Assembly: GCA_965153355.1 (NCBI GenBank)
Contig: OZ231126.1
Location: forward strand, 33,604,001-33,668,000
Direction: 5' to 3'
DNA from: Flaccisagitta enflata
Taxonomy: Eukaryota
Length of the DNA stretch: 64,000 bases
The position numbers and the translations under genes are program-made. Of this stretch, positions 28,398-64,000 are shown piece by piece. Under the pieces are notes generated by a model, which was not told the DNA's origin, searched no databases, and saw only the letters and a list, made by a program, of their open reading frames with translations. Within the stretch, counting starts at the first letter, position 1, and each line of letters begins with the position of its first letter.

Positions 28398-28818
28398 CAC
28401 GCTTTTTATTTTATAAGAACATGGATTTTTAAAGTCAGCCTCAGCGCACTTATTTTCAACCTCTTTTTGAGGCTCAAGCGTTCTTAACATGTTATTATTT
28501 TTGAATTAGATAATCTTTTTAATTATATACGTATATTGATATAAAAGTTTGTTTTTTAAGCAATTGTAAAAAAAACATTTTCATTAAATAAAAAGAAATG
28601 TAAGATTTATGTTTAATGACTAATGAATTATCATTTTAGAAAGCATTATTGAAATATCTATCATTCAGGGTTTTTGATCTAATTTTACTCCTTTTTTGAA
28701 AACTTATATTTTTTTCTTCAAATCTGAGGCTCAGCATGTTCTTAAGATGTTCTTATTTTTTGGCAAAATCTGAGGCTGATGTTCTTATAAGCAGTGTTCT
28801 TATAAAAAGAAAAGCGTG
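28398..28818. mobile_element. TA-flanked MITE (CAC...GTG family)
   Basis: TA|cacgctttttattttataagaac ... gttcttataaaaagaaaagcgtg|TA. Confidence 0.75.
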
Positions 28819-29336
28819 TACTTCATGTCAAGAGCAGTATGGTTCAGAACTATCTGATGAACCGATTTTTTCGGTAAACGGTAACACTACATAGTCATGT
28901 GAAGTTGAAGCAAAGCAGCGAGAGCTTTTCGTTTTTGAATATTTCTCGGAATAATTTTTGGAAGGTGAGAATCGTCGGCCAACTTGCCATTACAACAATT
29001 GACATGGAAAAATTCGATCTGAGTGAAAGGACGCTATTTTTTGGCGAAGCCTTGCTCATGAGATAGTAAAAAAAATGTATGATGTTCTTAACATTTGAGC
29101 CATTTTAAGCCTCACGTTCTTAATACACGGCCAATAAGTAGTCGCTTGCGGGTGGGTACGGGTAGTAATGGAGTTGGGCATGAGAAATATGGGGCAGGGC
29201 TGGGGCTTTTAAGTGTTTAGGCGGTGCAGCAATGCCCATAAATTTAAGTCGATCGAACATCATCCCAAAATTTGGCGTTACTAGCGATGCAAACTCCTTC
29301 CTCAAAACTTGTTCGAGAAGTAAGCAAAAAATAATA

Positions 29337-29715
29337 CACGCACTTGGCTGAGTAACAACGGGTTATTTTTTTCTGAGGCTCAATGTTGTTATTTGAAAGA
29401 CGATATGAGGCTCAAACCGTTGCTAAACTGTTGTTATTTTTTTCTCGTCAATCTTCTAATATAACGATAGATTAGGATATCCGTACCATCATTTCTTTCG
29501 CTGCTTTCTCTGGAATGACAGGGATATAGAGAAGGAATGAATTAAAGGAATTAAAGCAAATCTAAGAGAAAAGTTATTGGTTGGATTTGAGGCTGAAATG
29601 TTGTTATATCTTTATATTTCTGAGGCTGACGATGTTGCTAGAAATGTTCTTATTTTTTTGACATTTTGAGCCTCAACGTTGTTATAAAGATGGTTGTTAC
29701 TCAGCCAAGTGCGTG
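29337..29715. mobile_element. TA-flanked MITE (CAC...GTG family)
   Basis: Perfect 23-bp TIR cacgcacttggctgagtaacaac, with TA on both sides. Confidence 0.8.
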
Positions 29716-30106
29716 TATTGCACGTTGAGGCCGGCCCGTTCTCTTTGTTCTTTTGTTTTCAGCGTTTCTATCTAAGTCGTGGTTGACGCTGAATAAGGAC
29801 ATCCATCGGCGAATACCACGGACAAAGGACTATCACTTTATCAAAATTCATAAGAGGTATATGTCAACGTCACCTTGTTATTACACGGTTACAGTCAGTT
29901 AATAAGGGATATCTTGATAAAGCTTGGTAAAGCTTGTGTCATAGGCACAATCAAACTTTTGTGCTCCACCAGATTTTCAACGGTGCTATTTTTACAAGGA
30001 ACCGGGAAAGCCGAATTTAAGCCAACTTCTCACCTGTCATTCATTTCTTTGACTAAGAACCTTGCTTAAAAGAACATCGAGGCTCAGATGTATAAGAATA
30101 ATCATA

Positions 30107-31089
30107 CAGGGTTTTTCACGCTAACACGCCGATTAAAAAACGACGTTTCTCAGCGCCCAGATATGATAATTGATTTCTGAAAAGTTATCTAAATAGCCCT
30201 TGAGCTCCGATTTTGTTATCTAAAACAGTGATGGTGTCATTCAAAATAGTTTACCTTTCATATAGTAGTGAATTGATTCTCCGAACTTGGCTAAAAGCCA
30301 ATAAGCCACAATTTCAAGGAGAGCATTGCTTTAGTCTTAGGCAATGTCAAAACGTATCAAGCGAACATTAGATTATGAGTCTTTAGTTAAAGATTCCAAA
30401 TTACTGTAGTATGTATCAATAACTGTTTGAAGAAAGATTGAGCTGAAAAAAAAACGTGTAATTCTGTGACATTCCTCCTTTGAAGTGGAACTGCTCAAAG
30501 ATGTTGTCTTGCACTGCTCACTTTCTCCTGATGGTTTTTCTTTGTTGTATGAGTTAGCTCGTTGGTCAGCCTATTGGTTGGTAAGACCTCAATAGTCAAT
30601 TCGCACCCTAATGTAATTTTAGTGGATGGCCTTTGCCAGATTGAATAAGTGAATTGTTTAATGGCACTCGTCCATAATCTCACGGAGCCCACTTTCACTG
30701 ACAAGCACCATCAACTTTGAAGAAGCACTGTCTCTAAACGAATTGAGCTACAGGCCCTGGATTGGTCGCATTTTGAAGAATTAAGACAACCCTTTGAAGT
30801 GGGACCAATTGGTGGTCCATGTCTCTATGGGGTAAGAAGCAGCGCACCTTCAAAGCTGCTGCTTCATTTTCAGGACAGAAAAATTCATTTTTCTGAAGTG
30901 GTAACCAAAAAATCGATTTTTTTGTTGAGGTCTCTGACAGGTTAACATCACGGCAATTTACCATAGACAAAGCCAGTACACAAAATCGGAGCTCATGAGC
31001 TATCCATATCTTTTTTCAGAATTCGTTTGTCATCACTAGAAGCTGAGAAATGTCGTTTTGTAATCGGCGTGTTGGCGTGAAAAACCCTG
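30107..31089. mobile_element. Tc1/mariner-type non-autonomous element
   Basis: TA|cagggtttttcacgctaacacgccgatta ... taatcggcgtgttggcgtgaaaaaccctg|TA. Confidence 0.8.
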
Positions 31090-32384
31090 TAAAAACACAA
31101 AAAAGAAAACAAAACTATGTATATTCATAAATTATTAACTTAAGCAAATGCAGTGTATTCAAAAACTGCAGTGTATTCAAAAACAATTGCGGAAATGACT
31201 TCAATCACTATCCATCATTATATTGAAATCTGATTTGTTTATGATTAATAACAACCTAGTTTATAAGGACATCAAGTGGGGCTTGAAATAATATTGCTTG
31301 TCGCGTGAAACACTTCTGATTTTGCTCTGAAAGCGAATTCAACTAAACTGCGTGTAAGATAGTGCCACGATGGCCAAACGCCAGCTTCTGTAATCGCGCG
31401 AGTGGCACCCATGGATAGAGCGCGTTGATTAGCTTTGGATTTCGTCCAAAAAACAACAGATCAAAGCGACACTGATTTTTAATATCAAATTTACAAACAT
31501 GACATTGGACACAATCTCTTGTTTATGCGTTCAGAGTTAAAGTCCAGGGACTTAAAGGTCAACTTAAGAGTAGGATTTCAATTTCTTTTTTAAGCTGAAG
31601 TGTTTCATTGATAAGATGGTCATTCTTTTTTTTATCAATGTCACTCATCAGTTTCGGAAGATATTTCACTTTTCACACTAGATCTATTTCCTTACTTGGA
31701 TGAAGACATATGTAAAGGTGATTTTTAAGGTGCGATTTTCCTTGTCATCATTGCTGTCTCACTATACTGTGACGAGTTACGCTCAGGTATCACCTCTCAC
31801 CAAAACATTTTTTTTCATGGCGCTATATTGCAAGACAGCCTGCTGCTTGCAGTGGGATTCACTTTTGGTAAAGAAATGCACTCTCTGCTCATCTGTGTAT
31901 CTGTCTGTAGGTATAAGGCCTAATATTTCCAAATTCATGTCAGTGACCATTCATGGCCCTTTTTCACCCAAAAGTGTCTCTGGGGTGGGGTTTTTGAAGG
32001 TTTCAGACATTTTTGGCCCGAAAAAATAGAATTGATTATGTTAATTTTATAAGTTTTTAAGGGGAGAAATTCGCGAGATTTTTGGCACCTGTGTCTTATG
32101 TAGTTGGTCCCTTGAAATACTCACAAAAATGGTCAAAAATGCTTGAAAAGTGCCAAGAACCTACCACGCAAGTTGTATGTATTTGTGAAAATAACAAAAA
32201 GCCAATAAGATCGACTTTGAATGAAAGAATAAGCGCTGGAAAGCATCACTTGACAATGAAAATTAGGATCAATTCCCAAACGAACGGTTTGAAGCTGCCA
32301 CGCGTAATTGCTAGCTCACCATCAATGAAATCTCTAGCTGTTTACTGCATTAGCCTCAGTCAACAATAATTCAAGGTTGATCTC

Positions 32385-32765
32385 TCAATTGTTGACATCG
32401 GGTATGCTGCAGCAGGTCGTCAAGTGCATCATCGAGGCCCTCATAAAAAATCTACCATTGAAGTTGTAATAGTCAATAGAATCTCACATTTATTCTAACA
32501 GTCTTAGTCTATACCAAAACAGGTAAAATTCTCACCTGTCGACATCATGTATGCTGCAGCTGCTTGTCAAGTGCATCATTTAGGGGCCTATCCACAATTC
32601 CATCATTGAAGCTTTTAGCTGTGCACTATCAATTAAATCTCTTATTGTCCACTCGAACATCATCACTCAAACCAAACTAGGTAAAATTTTCACTTGTCAA
32701 CATCCGGTATGCTGCAGTAGGCTGTCAAGTGCATCATTTAAGGGCCCATCCACAAATTTTCCATC
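32385..32765. repeat. Diverged ~150-bp tandem repeat (3 units)
   Basis: acatc...tatgctgcag...gtcaagtgcatcat recurs at about 32395, 32542 and 32700. Confidence 0.7.
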
Positions 32766-33209
32766 AAAGTTTTGAAACATATACACAAGGACAAATCTTC
32801 TCTAAAAGGAGATGCACACTAACGGCATCTAAAATACGCGTTTTTACTTGTTACAGATAGGCCAACGGGTCAACGGATGGGCAAAGCCTCCTATAGAATC
32901 GCTAGTCCGCAACCTACAAAACATAAACCAACTATTTCCTTTTATCTGTTGTTCACCTTTCATTTGTTTTTTGTTTTTTTCAGTTTCGGTAAAGTAATTC
33001 ATTTCAATTGTAGATGAACAACCAATTATCAGAGAACGATTTAATTCTGAATAGATAACAATAATTACGCAATATGGATTACGGTTGTTTGCAATTGTTT
33101 GTCTTTGGGCCGATTTTATCGCAAAAGTTAGTAGAAGAAAAATGTTGACACCATCGGACAATAAACACAATTTGAAAGGATATTGCTCAACAATTTGGAG
33201 CCTGACGTA

Positions 33210-33782
33210 CAGTAGATGTCGTCTAGACTTGGAAATACGGGGGAATTCATTACAGGAAGACAAATTTATTTAAGAGACTGATATTTGGAATATAGACTAA
33301 TAAAAATATGCTTTGTTGCCCATGGGTGTTGGTTGCTATGGAAACACATTTTCATGTATACACGCTAAAGTATCAATATTTTGAGAAATTTTTTTAAGGA
33401 ACATTGTTTAAAATAAAATTTGCCACAACTTTCCCACAGTATGTTCTGTAAGAATATTGCTCGTTTAGCCGTTGCTAGGGAGCGTAACTATGTGTGACAG
33501 CCCTGTGATGCTCCCTAGCAACCGCCAAACCAGCAATATTCTTACAGAACATACTGTGGGAAAGTTGTAGCAAATTTTATTTTAAACAATGTTCCCTCAA
33601 AAAATTTCTCAAAAAATTGATACTTTAGCGTAAATACATGGAAATGTGTTTCCATGGCAACCAAAACCCATGGGCAATAAAGCATCCTTTTATTAGTTTA
33701 TATTCCAAATATCACTCTCTTAACTTTATTTGTCTTCCTGTAATGAATTCCCCAGATTTCCAAGTCTAGACGACATCTACTG
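33210..33782. mobile_element. Palindromic pogo/Tigger-like MITE
   Basis: TA|cagtagatgtcgtctagacttggaaa ... tttccaagtctagacgacatctactg|TA. The arms are complementary almost to the centre (about 33495). Confidence 0.85.
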
Positions 33783-33863
33783 TACAAAGTGAAACGCGAG
33801 GAGGGGACAAAATGAGGAATAAAGGAAAAAGTATCGAACAGCCAAACGTATGAAATATACTAA

Positions 33864-33948
<85 letters not shown>

Positions 33949-33951
<3 letters not shown>

Positions 33952-35520
33952 GTGACGTTTCCATGGAAATAGGAGGAAAGCAAGGATCAAGGCTAACAGG
34001 GAGAATGTTTAGCAAGATGATGGATCTGTTATCAGAAATGTTAAGTGAAACGGATTTAGGATTCGAACTAGATGACGACTTTATCATCAGTGTCCTTCTA
34101 TGAGTCGATGATGTCATTTCATGTACTGAAAGTGAAGAAGACCAAGAAGAAATGTTACTTAAAATCAATGAGTTTGCGATTAAACACAAAATAAAATGGG
34201 GTCAAAATAAGTGCAACGTCATGAGAGTTGGTAAGCATAAAAAATCTGGAAGGGAATGGAAATTAGGCGACATGGCTATCCAAGAAACCAAAAAATATAA
34301 ATATCTTGGTGACATTGTAATGCCGGATGGCAAAACTACCGAAAATATTCATAGTAGAGGCACTAAATTACAGGCAACAACAATAAACATAAACACAATA
34401 GCCTCTAGCGAGATCCTCCATCGCATTGAAACTACAGTCTTACTTGATATGCATGAAAAGAAGAGTATCCCTGGCTTCCTAACCAATGCCGAATCTTGGA
34501 ATCTGTCCCATAAAGAAGAAAAAGAATTAGAAAAAATAGAGATCCAAGCGGTAAAATACTTATTTGACTTACCTGTACACATGCCAACAGTTGCCATACT
34601 CTACTCCCTTGGTCTACTCTACACAACCCAACGCATTGACCAAATACAGTTAGTATACCTTCACAGACTGCTTCAAAGAGACAACAACGATCAAACTAAA
34701 AATACCTTACACACACTGAGAGACAAAAAAGCCGGATGGTTTGAAAGAATATCAAACACTTTACAGAAGTACAACCTCCCAACAGACTTCCAAACCATTG
34801 CCTCCATACGTCCAAACTGTTGGAAGAATGCAGTCAAACTAGTTGTTGATCAAAAGAATAAGGAGAGATTAAAAGACGATTTGTACAAACGTGAGAATGG
34901 AATCGATGTCTTAAAAACAAAAACTAAGTCCATTCTGGAAAAACTTAACGATCCACTGTACACGAGACAACCAGAAAGTGAAATAATAAAGACGACAAAA
35001 AAAGAGACCAAAACAATTCTTATAGCCAGATATGGTATGCTACAATGCGGGACTAATTTTAAAGGCACAATGAACCTGACATGTCCAACATGCGACGTCT
35101 TAGACAACGAAGATCATAGATTAAATCACTGTTCAAAATGGAATACACCCGATGAAATAGAGACTTTAACTTAATTCATAGTTCAGACATTAATGTGATT
35201 CGCCCGATAATACAACAGATAAACGGTTTATGGAATACCAAATGTGCTAATGGATCTATGAACAAATAGTCTTACCTTATGTTATTCTCCCAATGAATTT
35301 GTTTTTTCTTTTCGGCTTATTTATTGACGCTCCTTTCGACGGTATTTTGGCTCTTACTTTTAAATATTGTTTATTTATTCATCAATGAACAGACATACAG
35401 ACCCACCTTTGGACAAACTAGATTTAGATGTATCCTTTCCTATGGTACCTTGGTAAGCTCCATAACAAATATTGTTATAATGTGATGAACGCACATATGA
35501 GCAATTACAATCAATCAATC
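33949..35520 (+). mobile_element. 5'-truncated, inactivated non-LTR retrotransposon (RT C-terminal half, CCHC knuckle and 3' UTR)
   Basis: RT motifs GGKQGSRL, LL*VDD (TGA at the residue before VDD), NKCNVM and YKYLG. C-terminal CPTC...H...C. Frameshift near 35165 (the other frame continues DFNLIHSS...SMNK*). (CAAT)n tail. Confidence 0.9.
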
Positions 35521-35678
35521 AAAACACACACACAGAAACACACACACACAGAAACACACACACACAGAAACACACACACACAGAAACACAAACACACAGA
35601 AACACACACACAGAAACACACACACACAGAAACACACACAGAGAAACACACACACAGAAACACACACGCAGAAATACA

Positions 35679-35770
<92 letters not shown>

Positions 35771-35893
35771 AAAAGGTGCATCAAACAACATGAAAGCACT
35801 GTGCATCGGACATAAATGATCACGCTACGGAAGCTCAGTCGCTCTCATAATTTACGTTATGATTACCATAAGGGCTTATGCTACGATCACTGT

Positions 35894-35989
<96 letters not shown>

Positions 35990-38127
35990 TATATATATAG
36001 ATCGATTAATGATTTAAAGTGTCTAAATGACGATGTATACGTTTATGCACAGTTCATGTGAAGTGGCTTATGCGGTTAACCAAACAACGCGAAAGAAAAC
36101 TACATAAAATCGAGCAGATAGAGTCTTTTTAATATCATTCGTGAGGCCGTGTGGGGCTGATCTCAAGTTTTGGAAAGGTCTCATTCGAAAGAAAATACGA
36201 AACTGCATCTATTGAGCCCATATACATCAAAGTTCATATTTTCATAGCGCCGTAACAAGTCAGGAAAGTGATAAAAGAGGAAAAACAATATCTTGTTCTC
36301 ATAGTTGGCATTCAAAACTTACATCAATTGACAGCTTGCGTCGTCAGCTTTCAGAATCATTTTTTCCTTGGTTCATATAAACATTTTTAACCGTTTTACG
36401 GGCTTTGCAAGGGAAGATCCAAAATGGTTCTATTCTGTTTTTCTGCTCTCTAGCAACATTTTCACGCCGCGAAGAATTAGGGCGTTTACCTACTGTCTGT
36501 TTTTTTTTTTTCTTGATTTCAGTCAGTCTCTCTGTCTTTCTTGGCGCGCAATGATACATTGGAAGATCAACTCTGGCTAAGAAATAATTTCAGTGGAGAT
36601 GAGTTTTAAAAAAAAGTCGTAGGATAAGTGTTGCTTTTTTTCTCTACGTTTTAAATAAGAAAAGTTTGTAAAACATCTAAACCAGTAATGCTGAACATTT
36701 TTCATTATCACAATTTCATTCAGCGTCCTCACTTAACTCAGAGGACTGAAAATGCATTATGAACAAGCTTTTTAATCCCCGCGGTTTTCGCCGCCTACAT
36801 CAAGGCCTAAAATCAAGAACTTCTTAAGAATATACGAAAGCTTTAAATCTTGAGAAAAAAAATTGCTTAAGGTAGTATCTAAATAACATTGATAAAAGAC
36901 TTGAATCTTAATATAATTAGGATAATATTTTATGGCTATTAATATAAATAGTATGAAAATATCCCCAGACTTTGATATTTAGCATTTGTTTTAACAGTAC
37001 TTAATAGAAATGTATTAATTATAAATGAATGATAGTATATTACAAGGTTGCCTGTAATTTATATAGTATTGTATATCAAGAACATTTTGAGAACATTAAA
37101 AGCTTCATTTGGCCTTAAAAATAAGAACATGAAGCCTTCAAAATAAATAATGACGTTCTTATAAAAAAAGTGTATTTTGGTTCTCTTATTCATTCAGTTG
37201 ACAATCATATTTAAGTAACTAGATAAAAGAACATTCCTGTATAAGACGGCAAATTTTTGAAGGGAAAACTAAGTGTTTCACCATACTTTTTGCATTATTT
37301 TTGGACAACAATGGTGCCAGAGTGATTTTAAAAGATAAACTGTATCTAAGTATATCTGGTTCATACGTTTCTATTATATTCTGACCTCAAAAGTAATTTT
37401 GACTATGCAATTCACATGAGGAAAGTAAGAAAATCAAGGTTTTTGATGAAATTTTGCTTACACTTTTTAGTTTGTTCTTGCCGTTTAAATTCTAAGACTC
37501 TCAAATGCAGGGAAATTTTGCATTTCCAAAAACATAGTTCTCTTTGTAATCGATTTTGGAAGAGAACTATGTTTTTTGTTTTCTTATTTTTTCATTTTTC
37601 ATGCAAATTCAGAATTTAAACGAGCCCCCTGTCAGTTACCAAAAATAAAATTTTCAGTAATTTGCATTATATTTTCTTCATTAATAGTAGCTTCATATGG
37701 TTCTTTTTCATGTTTGAATGCTAGTTATGCAAAAATATATCAATCATGATGAATCTCAATAATTATTTCAGTTTAATCATTCAGTTTCAATGATTTTGAT
37801 TTTTTACTTTGGCTCCTGCTGAAACACAAATGTTGCTTTCGGAGGAACGCCGTCATAAATTGACAATTGAAAAAAAAAAGTCTTAAAATATTTTAAGCCT
37901 CAAGTTGCTGTAGAATTAAAAACACTGAGCCTCAGAAAAAAAATAACATGCTCTTATGAAAAAAATGAGTGTATGACAAATTTCTTGAACTTCATAATAT
38001 TAGGGTATTTTTTTAGTCACGGAATTGTGAATCTGTAGGAGCCTAAGTCCGTCTGTTGGTCCATTCGTCCATCCGTTCATTGGTCGGTCCGCTGGCCTGT
38101 AATGAAAACTGTAAAAACGCGCATGCT

Positions 38128-38260
<133 letters not shown>

Positions 38261-38554
38261 TGCGTGCGTACGTGCGTGTGCGTGTTTGTGTGCGTGTATG
38301 GTGTTCTTACACCCTTACCCACCCGTCCGGGCCGCGACGATAAATTATAACCTCGGGTTACTTGTTGAATGTGTAGGGCATCAATTCATGTCGGGGGAAA
38401 AAAATAACATCGATCACAACCAATTCGGTACTTAGTGACTTTATGATACTACGAGTAGTCTTCTCCTCCTATGACGGACGATCAGCGATAAAAATCCACA
38501 CCACGAAATCCTGCGAAAATCACGTTTGCAGGGCTATCAAATTTGTCAGGTTTA

Positions 38555-38823
38555 GGGGGCGTTTCTAGTCAAAGACGATCGCGTTTTGAACAGGCCACTC
38601 GGTCGCTCGCTACGTTCGTTCGCTCGCACCGCTAACTCCGCTTACTCGCTCCACAGCGCTCCGCTTCGCTACGCTCGCTTCGCTCACTCACTCCGTTCAC
38701 GGGCTTGCTCACTCACTTTGCTCACTCCCTCGTGGGACAGTTAAAATTATTGAATATATGTTCACACTGTTATCGCATTTCACAAGGGCAAACGCGTTTT
38801 TCATCTTCACTAGAAACACGCCC
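38555..38823. mobile_element. PIF/Harbinger-like MITE with (ctcg)n-type internal repeats
   Basis: TTA|GGG..gcgtttctagt ... actagaaacacgccc|TTA. A second copy lies at 43432-43681. Confidence 0.7.
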
Positions 38824-38870
38824 TTAGTCTCTGACCTTCAACAGGACGTATTACTGTACAAGTAATGAAT

Positions 38871-63202
<24,332 letters not shown>

Positions 63203-64000
63203 GGTTTGAGGCGACCTCCACTTAACTGACCTCCACTTAACTTTCGATTGTAGGCCCCCTTTACAACTTCTTGTGGAGATCAGTCACAGATCGTTTCTTA
63301 AAGATTCTTGATGGAATTGAGCAATTCAAAGAGACTTCACGGCCGGATTAACTTCTCCCATTTCAACGGTTGACTGGTATTTGGAAAACGAGACTTGGAA
63401 GTTGAAAATGACAGAGAAAAAAAACTTCGTCGCTTCCTAAGCTGACTAAAGGAAATCATCGGATCGAGTCTTTTTTCTTTTGCGTACCTTAAAATTGGTG
63501 CAGCTCGAATTTGATAATACTACTCCTCCAAATCGAATTTGGTAATACTACTCCTCCAAATCTTAACGGACAAGAGATAAGATAAGATCGAAGAAAAGTT
63601 AAAACCGTGGTACCTTGTCAGAAGCCCCTTGCGAAGCGACTCTAAAGGTAGGTTTGTCAGAAGATCTGTAATGACTAATGAGACATTTGGATAGTGCTAA
63701 ATCGAAAGAAACAGTGGTTAATTAACATAACTACTAGCATGCAGTCTAAACAACTTCAACCATTGCCCCATCCCCTTTCTCTCCACCTCCTCCTCAAACG
63801 ACTGGCTTGGGTATCGAAGGTTGTGGAAAGTGATACCCCAGATAACAGACGCGTCAAATAGAGAGGTCTCCATGGAATAACTGCTGCTTGAAGACGAAGT
63901 AGCACGTTCTGTTTCGTTTCAATCTGATCTGTCCACTGCACTCCCTCCTTCCAAAACCCGGTGAATCATCGGTTACCAACGGCGCGGCTTACAGCCCAAT

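Noticed and set aside
34101-34103. In-frame TGA in the RT as programmed readthrough or selenocysteine
   Set aside because: A probable TGG->TGA mutation in a 5'-truncated, frameshifted copy is simpler.
63213-63562. Short tandem duplications (15 bp and 28 bp) upstream of the ABCB6 ATG as regulatory elements
   Set aside because: I recognise no factor motif; they are consistent with replication slippage.
63756-64000. Possible exon of an upstream gene
   Set aside because: All three minus-strand frames are interrupted near the window edge and no motif is recognisable, so the evidence is insufficient.

Overview
Repeat-dense eukaryotic genomic DNA, probably from an invertebrate animal; most entries in the ORF track are microsatellite artefacts. 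The main gene is a complete 16-exon ABCB6/HMT-1-type half ABC transporter on the minus strand (63202->38871, about 1044 aa by my hand-spliced model), with all intron phases consistent. Three things about it stand out. (i) Intron 8 contains a complete, same-strand, 4-exon gene model (51014->49283, about 305 aa) for an unrecognised type I membrane protein with a signal peptide, furin site, X-Ala spacer, poly-Asp tract, one TM helix and a charged tail; its introns are all phase 0, like the host intron. (ii) A 5.55-kb transposon with long TIRs and a 9-bp TSD (Mutator-like) sits in the exon-13 splice acceptor and duplicates it. (iii) Symmetric exon 4 lies in a near-identical 1.6-kb tandem duplication. 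The left half holds fragments of an unidentified plus-strand gene, a 5'-truncated dead LINE inside a (CA)n tract, many Helentron-associated (DINE-1/HINE-like) elements, and nested MITE/foldback elements with readable TSDs (TA, TWA, AAAT, 8 bp, 9 bp). All coordinates were read by hand and repeat boundaries are approximate.
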